Positions 57,128 through 64,000 of a stretch of DNA of 64,000 bases are shown piece by piece. The notes under the pieces are model-generated. The model worked only from the letters and a program-made list of their open reading frames with translations, did no database searches and was not told the DNA's origin. The stretch's first letter is position 1. Every line of letters starts with the position of its first letter. The translations under genes and the position numbers were made by a program. This DNA is from Coriobacteriia bacterium (GTDB lineage Bacteria; Actinomycetota; Coriobacteriia; Coriobacteriales; UMGS124), in assembly GCA_963930185.1 (NCBI GenBank), contig CAWVLT010000016.1:128879-192878 (forward strand), given 5' to 3'.

Positions 57128-57275
57128 AATAGGCACCCGAGTGTGCTCTTCGCGCGTCCACCAACATGCGCATGAGCGCGAATGCACGTACATGGATAAG
57201 GAGCATCAACCCAGATCCGCAAGCGACATGCCGGCGCGGCGCACTCGTGGCAACCGGAGATGAGAGGGAGGTCAC

Positions 57276-57785
57276 ATGCGGCAGGACACCGAAAGCCCGC
57301 CCACCGAAATGGCAACCGACGAAGCCTACGCCGACGAAGCGTACGAGCACTTCAAGCACGAACTGCACGGCATGTTCCGCAGCATCCGCAAAGGCCACAG
57401 CGCCCCTCCTCTGCGGCTCGGCGACCTGACCCCGGCGGAGTCCGAGGTGGTCATGGCCATCTCCCATGCCGAGGCGCACGGGATGGAGGTGCGTCCCGGT
57501 CTGCTCGCCCATATGGCGAGCACCACGCCCAGTGCCCTGTCGCAGACGCTCAAGGCGCTCGAGCAGAAAGGGCACGTCGTACGCACGCGCCTGGGAACCG
57601 ACTCTCGCGGGGTGGTGCTTGATCTCACGGAGAGCGGCCGCGCCCTCGCCGGGGAGGGAGAGCGTATGCGAGACTCCTACTTCAGGAGCCTCTTCGCCTT
57701 CCTTGGCAAGGAGGACGCAGGTGAGCTGCTGCGCATCATGGGGCGCGTGGCATCGTTCGTGACAGAGAACAGAAAGGAGAAGTAG
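57276..57785 (+). CDS. MarR-family transcriptional regulator
   Basis: LTPAESEVVMAISHAE...LAHMASTTPSALSQTLKALEQKGHVVRTRLGTDSRGVVLDLTESG is the MarR wHTH. RBS GAGAGGGAGG. First gene of the exporter operon. Confidence 0.85.
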   Translation: MRQDTESPPTEMATDEAYADEAYEHFKHELHGMFRSIRKGHSAPPLRLGDLTPAESEVVMAISHAEAHGMEVRPGLLAHMASTTPSALSQTLKALEQKGHVVRTRLGTDSRGVVLDLTESGRALAGEGERMRDSYFRSLFAFLGKEDAGELLRIMGRVASFVTENRKEK

Positions 57786-57787
57786 CC

Positions 57788-60004
57788 GTGCGCATACTGC
57801 GGTATCTAAAGATGGCGCCGGTGGCGGCCGTGCTCATCGTGTGCCTGCTCATAGTGCAGGCGTTCACCGACCTGGCGCTGCCGCACTACACCTCCGACAT
57901 CGTGGATGTGGGCATCCAGCAGTCGGGCATCGAGCACGCCGCCGTGGAGGAAATGAGCGCGGGCACCTTCGAGCTCGCATGCATGATGGCCTCCGAGGAT
58001 GACGAAGCCGTGCTGCGCGGCGCCTACCAGCAAGGCGAGGACGGCAACTACTACCTGCAAGATCACGCCCGCAAGGACCTGGAGGCGCTCGACGAGATCG
58101 TGGCGCTGCCGCTGATCGTCGCGCACTACGGTGACCAGATCCCCGGGCTCGACCTCGAGCAGATGCGTCAGGCATACCAGAGCGGCGCCCTGACCAAGGA
58201 CGACATCGCCCAGGCGATCGACCGGCTGATGGCCCAGGCCGACGATGGGCAGGCCGAGGGCCAAGCCGGCGGCCAGGCGTCCCAGGCGACCGGCGGCTCC
58301 GTCACGATCAGCGACGCCCTCATCGACCAGCAGGCGATCGCCGCGGCAAAGGCGGAATACGAGGCGGTGGGCTATGACGTGGACGGCCTGCAGATGCGCT
58401 ACCTGCTGCGCGTGGGCGCTATCATGCTGGGCATCGCCGCGCTGGGTATGGTCGCCGCGATCGCGGTGGGCTTCCTCGCGTCACGCGCCGCGGCCAAGAT
58501 CGGCCGCACGCTACGCGCGCGGCTGTTCGAGCGGGTGGTGAACTTCTCCGACGCCGAGGTGCAGGGCTTCTCGGCCGCCTCGCTCATCACGCGCGGCACC
58601 AACGACATCCAGCAGATCCAGATGGTAACCACCATGGTGCTGCGCATGGTGCTCTACGCGCCCATCCTGGCGATCGGCGGCATCGTCATGGTGTCGACGA
58701 CCAACGTGTCCATGAGCTGGATCATCGTGCTGGCCGTGATCTGCCTGTTCATCCTCATCGGCATCCTCATGGCGCTGGCCATGCCCAAGTTCAAGATCAT
58801 GCAGAGGCTCGTGGACCGCGTGAACCTAGTGGCCCGCGAGATGCTCACCGGCCTGCCCGTCATCCGCGCGTTCGATCGGCAGGAGTTCGAGGCCGCGCGC
58901 TTTGACGGCGCCAACACCGACCTCATGCGCACGCAGCTGTTCACCAACCGCGTCATGACGTTCATGATGCCGGCGATGATGCTCATCATGAACGGCGTGA
59001 GCGTGCTCATCGTGTGGGTGGGCGGCCACTACATCGACAGCGGCACCATCCAGACGGGCGACATGATCGCGTTCATCACCTACTCGATGGTCATCATCAT
59101 GTCGTTCCTCATCATCGGCATGATGTCGATCATGCTGCCCCGCGCCGACGTGGCGGCCGGGCGCATCGACGAGGTGCTCGCCACCGAGTCGAGCATCCAC
59201 GACCCCGTCTCCCCGCGTGACGGCGAGCTCGCCCGCACCGGCGGCGCCGAGGTGTCGTTCAACGACGTCACGTTTGCCTATGCGCAGGCAGACGTCGAGG
59301 CGGCCCTGGCGCACGTCGACTTCACCGTGAAGCCAGGCACCACCTGCGCCATCGTGGGATCGACCGGCTCGGGCAAGTCGACCGTCATCAAGCTCATCGA
59401 GCGCTTCTACGACGTGTCGGCGGGCTCGGTCACCATCGACGGCATCGACGTGCGCGACCTTTCTCAGCACGCGCTGCGCTCGGTCGTCGCCTACGTACCC
59501 CAGCAGGCGTTCCTGTTCTCCGGCACCATCGCGAGCAACATCGCCTACGCTAACGAGGACATGGGCGCCGAGCGCATCGAGCGAGCCGCCGCGATAGCCC
59601 AGGCCGCCGACTTCGTCGAGGCCAAGCCCGAAGGGTACGACTCCCCCATCGCCCAGGGAGGCACCAACGTCTCGGGCGGACAGCGCCAGCGCCTGTGCAT
59701 CGCACGCGCGCTTGCCGCCGATGCGCGCGTGCTGCTGTTCGACGACAGCTTCTCGGCCCTCGACTACAAGACTGACGCAGCGCTTCGCCAGGCGCTGCGC
59801 CGCGAGCTCGGTGACAAGACCGTGATCATCGTGGCCCAGCGCATCTCCACCGTGCTGGACGCCGACCAGATCATCGTGCTAGACGACGGCCGCATGGTGG
59901 GCAAGGGCACCCACGCCGAGCTCATGGAGAGCTGCGAGGAGTACCGGGAGATCGCCTATTCGCAGCTGTCGGAGGAGGAACTGAAGGGAGGCGATGCCGC
60001 ATGA
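57788..60004 (+). CDS. ABC exporter, fused permease/ATPase subunit 1 (heterodimeric multidrug-type)
   Basis: GTG start. A 6-TM domain with an unusually long first extracytoplasmic loop (about 150 aa) is followed by an NBD: GSTGSGKST, VSGGQRQRLCIARAL, LLFDDSFSALD. Confidence 0.88.
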   Translation: MRILRYLKMAPVAAVLIVCLLIVQAFTDLALPHYTSDIVDVGIQQSGIEHAAVEEMSAGTFELACMMASEDDEAVLRGAYQQGEDGNYYLQDHARKDLEALDEIVALPLIVAHYGDQIPGLDLEQMRQAYQSGALTKDDIAQAIDRLMAQADDGQAEGQAGGQASQATGGSVTISDALIDQQAIAAAKAEYEAVGYDVDGLQMRYLLRVGAIMLGIAALGMVAAIAVGFLASRAAAKIGRTLRARLFERVVNFSDAEVQGFSAASLITRGTNDIQQIQMVTTMVLRMVLYAPILAIGGIVMVSTTNVSMSWIIVLAVICLFILIGILMALAMPKFKIMQRLVDRVNLVAREMLTGLPVIRAFDRQEFEAARFDGANTDLMRTQLFTNRVMTFMMPAMMLIMNGVSVLIVWVGGHYIDSGTIQTGDMIAFITYSMVIIMSFLIIGMMSIMLPRADVAAGRIDEVLATESSIHDPVSPRDGELARTGGAEVSFNDVTFAYAQADVEAALAHVDFTVKPGTTCAIVGSTGSGKSTVIKLIERFYDVSAGSVTIDGIDVRDLSQHALRSVVAYVPQQAFLFSGTIASNIAYANEDMGAERIERAAAIAQAADFVEAKPEGYDSPIAQGGTNVSGGQRQRLCIARALAADARVLLFDDSFSALDYKTDAALRQALRRELGDKTVIIVAQRISTVLDADQIIVLDDGRMVGKGTHAELMESCEEYREIAYSQLSEEELKGGDAA

Positions 60005-61932
60005 GCCGCAAGGACACCATGACCGACGCGCCCGCGTCGGACACCGCGCGCGACACCGCCGGCATGCCGCCACGCCGCCCGCGCGGCATGGGGCACGGCC
60101 CCGGCATGGGCCACGGGCCAGGCATGGCCATGGCCGGCGTGAAGGCAAAGGACTTCAAGGGCACGACCAGGCGCCTCTTTGCGTTCATGGGACGCTTCAA
60201 GGTCCCCTTCATCATCGCCATCGTGTTCGCCATAGGCTCCACGGTGTTCAGCATCATCGGGCCCAAGGTACTCTCGCAGGCCACGACCGAGCTGTTCGAG
60301 GGCATCGCGGCCAAGATCGGCGGCACCGGCGACATCGACTTCGGGGCGGTGGGCGTGATCCTGCTCACCACGCTGGCCCTCTACGGCGTGAGCGCGGTCT
60401 GCTCGTTCGTACAGGGATGGATGATGACCTCGGTCTCGCAGCGCATGTGCTACCAGCTGCGCCGTGACATCGCCGAGAAGATCGACCGCGTACCCATGGG
60501 ATACTTCGAGCGCACCTCGGTGGGCGACACGCTCTCGCGCATAACCAACGACGTGGACTCGCTGGGCCAGAGCCTCAACCAGGGCGTCACGCAGCTCATC
60601 ACGAGCGCGGCCACGATCGTCGGCGTGCTGGTGATGATGCTGACCATCAACCCGCTCATGACGCTGGTGACGCTGGTCATCGTGCCGGTGTCGGTCGTGT
60701 TGGTAAGCGTCATCGTCAAGCGGTCGCAGAGGTACTTCCGCCAGCAGCAGGCCATGCTGGGCGCCATCAACGGCCAGGTGGAGGAGACGTTCTCCGGCCA
60801 GGCGGTGGTGCGGGCGTTCTGCCAGGAGGGACGCGCCGTCGAGCGCTTTGGCCAGGATAACGAGCGCCTCTACGAGGCTGGCTGGAAGTCGCAGTTCCTC
60901 TCCGGCCTCATGATGCCGGTCATGAACTTCGTGAGCAACGCCGGCTACGTGGCGGTGGCGGTGCTGGGCAGCTTCTTCGCCGTGCGCGGCGTCATCACCG
61001 TGGGCGACATCCAGGCGTTCATCCAGTACGTCAAGAACTTCACGCAGCCCATAACCCAGCTCGCCCAGGTGTCCAACATCCTGCAGCTCATGGCCGCCTC
61101 GGCCGAGCGCATCTTCGAGTTCCTCGACGCTCCCGAAGAGCAGGCCGAGCTGCCCGCCGCGACCACCGACGGCATCTCCTGCGACGTGGAGTTCGACCAC
61201 GTGAGCTTTGGCTACACGCCCGAGAAGACCGTCATCGGCGACTTCTCTGCCAGGGTGCGCGAGGGGCAGACCGTGGCGCTTGTGGGCCCCACGGGCGCCG
61301 GCAAGACCACCATGGTGAAGCTGCTCATGCGCTTCTACGACGTGAACGGCGGTGCCATCCGCATCGGCGGGCACGACGTGCGCGACTTTGCCCGCAACGA
61401 CCTGCGCAGCCTGTTTGGCATGGTGCTGCAGGACACGTGGCTGTTCAAGGGCACCATCCGCGAGAACATCCGCTACGGCAAGCTCGACGCCACCGACGAG
61501 GAGGTGGAGGCCGCGGCCAAGGCAGCTTACGCTCACCACTTCATCAGCACGCTGCCGCACGGCTACGACACCGAGATCAACGAGGACGCGAGCAACATCA
61601 GCCAGGGCCAACGCCAGCTGCTCACCATAGCCCGCGCCATCCTGGCCGACCGGCGCATGCTCATCCTGGACGAGGCCACCTCCAGCGTTGACACGCGCAC
61701 CGAGGAGCGTATCCAGAAGGCCATGGACAACCTGATGGCGGGACGCACGTCGTTTGTGATCGCACATCGCCTCTCGACGATCCGCTCGGCCGACCTGATC
61801 CTGGTGATCCGCGACGGCGACATCGTGGAGCAGGGCACCCACGACGAGCTGCTCGAGGTCGGCGGCTTCTACGCCGACCTGTATCACAGCCAGTTCGCCA
61901 AGGAAGGCGAGCTGGGGGTAGACGAGGAGTAG
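60001..61932 (+). CDS. ABC exporter, fused permease/ATPase subunit 2
   Basis: 4-nt overlap with subunit 1. A 6-TM domain is followed by an NBD: GPTGAGKTT, ISQGQRQLLTIARAI, LILDEATSSVD. Confidence 0.88.
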   Translation: MSRKDTMTDAPASDTARDTAGMPPRRPRGMGHGPGMGHGPGMAMAGVKAKDFKGTTRRLFAFMGRFKVPFIIAIVFAIGSTVFSIIGPKVLSQATTELFEGIAAKIGGTGDIDFGAVGVILLTTLALYGVSAVCSFVQGWMMTSVSQRMCYQLRRDIAEKIDRVPMGYFERTSVGDTLSRITNDVDSLGQSLNQGVTQLITSAATIVGVLVMMLTINPLMTLVTLVIVPVSVVLVSVIVKRSQRYFRQQQAMLGAINGQVEETFSGQAVVRAFCQEGRAVERFGQDNERLYEAGWKSQFLSGLMMPVMNFVSNAGYVAVAVLGSFFAVRGVITVGDIQAFIQYVKNFTQPITQLAQVSNILQLMAASAERIFEFLDAPEEQAELPAATTDGISCDVEFDHVSFGYTPEKTVIGDFSARVREGQTVALVGPTGAGKTTMVKLLMRFYDVNGGAIRIGGHDVRDFARNDLRSLFGMVLQDTWLFKGTIRENIRYGKLDATDEEVEAAAKAAYAHHFISTLPHGYDTEINEDASNISQGQRQLLTIARAILADRRMLILDEATSSVDTRTEERIQKAMDNLMAGRTSFVIAHRLSTIRSADLILVIRDGDIVEQGTHDELLEVGGFYADLYHSQFAKEGELGVDEE

Positions 61933-61990
61933 GTGCCGCCGGCACGGCACGCTCGATAGGCCCATCACGCTCGACAGCAGACGGACAGAA

Positions 61991-62069
61991 AGGCGCAGAG
62001 TGCACGATCTCGGACAGTTGAGGCGAAATATCGCCCGCTTTACGTCCGAATATATGCACTCTGCGCCCT
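61991..62069. repeat. REP-like imperfect palindrome (family copy 3) after the ABC exporter stop
   Basis: AGGCGCAGAGTGCACGATCTCGGACAG ...24 nt (inner hairpin GGCGAAATATCGCC)... ACGTCCGAATATATGCACTCTGCGCCCT. Confidence 0.6.
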
Positions 62070-62156
62070 CATCCCGCGCTCCGCTGAGTCCCTTTGGGCG
62101 CAAACGGTGGTACCCTCTTGCATGACATCGCAGCAGAGGCCCGAAGGAAGCCACCC

Positions 62157-63128
62157 ATGTCGTCGTTTGTCTGGAACCGCACACTGCTCATCGCCAACCC
62201 CGCCGCGCAAAGCGGGCGGGGCGCGCAGGGGGCCTGCGACGTGGAGCGTGCGCTGCACGGCCGACCCGCCGGCAAAAACGCCCCGACCGAGCTGGAGGTC
62301 GTGCTCACTGAAGGGCCCGGGCATGCGGTCGAGATCACCGCACAGCGCGGTGGCAGCTACGACACCGTCGTCTCCCTCGGCGGTGACGGCATCATCCACG
62401 AGGTCGTGAATGGCCTCATGCGCATTCCGACGGACCAGCGTCCCTGCCTGGCCGTGGTCCCGCTCGGGTCGGGCAACGACTTCGCCCGCACGCTTGGCAT
62501 GCCGCGCAAACGTCCCATGCGTGCGCTCGACGCCATTGTAGGTGGCGTGCGCCGGCGGCTCGACCTGGGCCGCGCCAACGGGACCTATTTCATGCAGACC
62601 CTCTCATTCGGGCTCGACGCCGCTATCGCCCTCGCCACGATGGAGCGGCGCGCCAAAAACGGCGCACATGGAACGCGCCTGTTCGCGGCCACGGGGTTCG
62701 ACGTGCTCTCCCGCAACCGAGAGCCGTTTGCCTATCGGGCCGAGCTTGAGGTCGTCGACGCAGACGGGACAATCCGCGTTGAGTGCATCAACGGCGAGGA
62801 GATCGTCTTCGCGATGCAGGTGGGCCCCACCTACGGCGGCGGCTTTCGCATCTGCCCCAAGGCCTCGCCGACTGACGGCCTGCTCGACGTGTGCCGGTCG
62901 GTCAAGCTGCCCTCGATCCCGCGCACACTCGCCCTGTTCTCGCTCGCGCGCCTTGGCCTGCACGCCCGGTCTAGTGTCGTGAGGTTCGCGCGGGTCAGGC
63001 GGCTGAGCATCGAGTTCGAGCGCACAGTCCCCTGCCAGGTCGACGGGGAGCGGCTCGATGGGATCGACGGCACGCGCTTCGAGGTCACGTCGATTCCCGC
63101 GGCCCTCGAAGTGGTGTGCGAGAGATAG
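62157..63128 (+). CDS. Diacylglycerol kinase-family lipid kinase (YegS/BmrU-like)
   Basis: ATG 62157 follows GAAGGAAG. LLIANPAAQSGRG...TVVSLGGDGIIHEVVNGL...AVVPLGSGNDFAR is the DAGK catalytic-domain signature. Confidence 0.85.
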   Translation: MSSFVWNRTLLIANPAAQSGRGAQGACDVERALHGRPAGKNAPTELEVVLTEGPGHAVEITAQRGGSYDTVVSLGGDGIIHEVVNGLMRIPTDQRPCLAVVPLGSGNDFARTLGMPRKRPMRALDAIVGGVRRRLDLGRANGTYFMQTLSFGLDAAIALATMERRAKNGAHGTRLFAATGFDVLSRNREPFAYRAELEVVDADGTIRVECINGEEIVFAMQVGPTYGGGFRICPKASPTDGLLDVCRSVKLPSIPRTLALFSLARLGLHARSSVVRFARVRRLSIEFERTVPCQVDGERLDGIDGTRFEVTSIPAALEVVCER

Positions 63129-63322
63129 CCACCATGAGGGCCTACTTTTCGCACGCAGCACAACACAACGCCATAATGGCAAAAAAGCGCGACCGCCAAA
63201 ACATGGACAGCGAGGTCTTGCCTGCTGTTACCGTAAGCAACGCATAGGCACAAGAACCATACATGCAGACCCGGGACATCCCATCTCACAGGGATGCCCC
63301 AAGCTCCACGTGGAAAGAATCG

Positions 63323-63688
63323 TTAGAGAGAGATCTTCCCAGCATCGAGTAATCCCTGATGCACGGCTTGGGCGTCTCTTTCACTTAGAGACCCCAACAT
63401 GGGAGACATCTCAACATCAGAGACATCCACCTCCACCGTCTTGGAGCATCGAGCAGTCGATGGCTTGGTAAGCCCCTCGCTCCGCCAATCTTCGAGCCAG
63501 ACCTCTCCCGGGTATTCCCGGCGAGGGCCGTGACCCGTTGCTTTTATCAGCAGGACAACAGCGACCGTCTCGTCAACAGCACCCACTATGACGGGGCGTT
63601 CTTTATAGGTGCCGGGCCTCTCCTCATACTCGAACGCCAGACGTCTTACCTGATAGGGCGCAATGGGGTTATTCGTCATCGCCGTCAT
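63323..63688 (-). CDS. PemK/MazF-like toxin (putative)
   Basis: YQVRRLAFEYEERPGTYKERPVIVGAVDETVAVVLLIKATGH...YPGEVWLEDWRSEGLTKPSTARCSKTVEVDVSDV...GSLSERD follows the MazF/PemK fold pattern (K.RP..V, ..T.., GL.K.S....). It overlaps the antitoxin stop. Start is ATG 63688 or 63679. Confidence 0.5.
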   Translation of the reverse strand: MTAMTNNPIAPYQVRRLAFEYEERPGTYKERPVIVGAVDETVAVVLLIKATGHGPRREYPGEVWLEDWRSEGLTKPSTARCSKTVEVDVSDVEMSPMLGSLSERDAQAVHQGLLDAGKISL

Positions 63689-63929
63689 CCCAATCCGCAG
63701 GAAACACGAGTCGGCCGTCAACCTTTCGAGCGTGGGGCGATGCATTTGGGATAATTTTAACGGACTCATCACGACGCTCTGCATACAAGGCGAACGGAAC
63801 GCGCCCCTGGATGACGAGTTGCCTCAGCGCGAGATTGAGATACGAGTTGATGCTCAGGCCGATCGATTCGAGCAATGGTGACACCTCGTCACGCAGCTTT
63901 TCGTCATACCGTATCGTTGTCGTGGGCAT
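63669..63929 (-). CDS. RelB/DinJ-family antitoxin
   Basis: ATG 63929 follows GGAGG. MPTTTIRYDEKLRDEVSPLLESIGLSINSYLNLALRQLVIQGRVPFAL is the ribbon-helix-helix DinJ N-terminus. The C-terminal tail is acidic. Confidence 0.7.
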   Translation of the reverse strand: MPTTTIRYDEKLRDEVSPLLESIGLSINSYLNLALRQLVIQGRVPFALYAERRDESVKIIPNASPHARKVDGRLVFPADWDDGDDE

Positions 63930-64000
63930 ATCGACCTCCAATGATCTTCATTATGACTCGATTAGGGCTTCAATATGACTTCTTATTGACTTCATAATAG

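Noticed and set aside
56765-57175. 136-aa plus-strand ORF in the gap upstream of the MarR gene
   Set aside because: Pro/Cys/Phe-rich nonsense sequence with no RBS. It spans the AT-rich promoter-like patch.
59956-62184. 742-aa minus-strand ORF opposite ABC exporter subunit 2
   Set aside because: It is antisense to a gene with complete Walker A, signature and Walker B motifs, and it reads through the REP-like element.

Overview
High-GC (roughly 65-70% by eye) actinobacterial chromosome segment. Gene content suggests Coriobacteriia/Eggerthellaceae; this is inference and no search was run. I saw no rRNA, tRNA, CRISPR array, transposase or integrase. Left to right: (1) a cobalamin-riboswitch-controlled ECF vitamin transporter operon with a DUF4430 lipoprotein; (2) a low-GC hipBA toxin-antitoxin islet with a Uma2 fragment; (3) five paralogous FAD-dependent fumarate-reductase-family flavoproteins across about 26 kb. 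Four carry a Tat signal. Each has its own regulator: one LysR and four multi-TM LuxR-type proteins. One regulator/reductase pair is visibly decayed, with a 4-nt duplication frameshift plus a deletion. Interspersed are an HxlR/flavin-reductase pair, a MacB/FtsX-type ABC system and a DUF234 ATPase; (4) two tandem orphan Tat-signal family-5 binding proteins; (5) an alpha/beta hydrolase-glpK operon, a low-GC DUF4143 ATPase and a DUF1624 membrane protein; (6) the most system-like feature: a dppBCDF-type importer followed by three paralogous cytosolic M14-like zinc peptidases and two more family-5 binding proteins, punctuated by hairpins and a 240-bp hairpin repeat; (7) a MATE pump, a MarR plus heterodimeric ABC exporter operon, a DagK-family lipid kinase and a DinJ/MazF-like TA pair. 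Non-genic structure includes a perfect 48-bp palindrome, a perfect 28-bp inverted repeat pair, and a REP-like palindrome family placed after operon ends. The many long ORFs antisense to real genes are high-GC artefacts. All family calls rest on motifs read by eye; no database search was possible.
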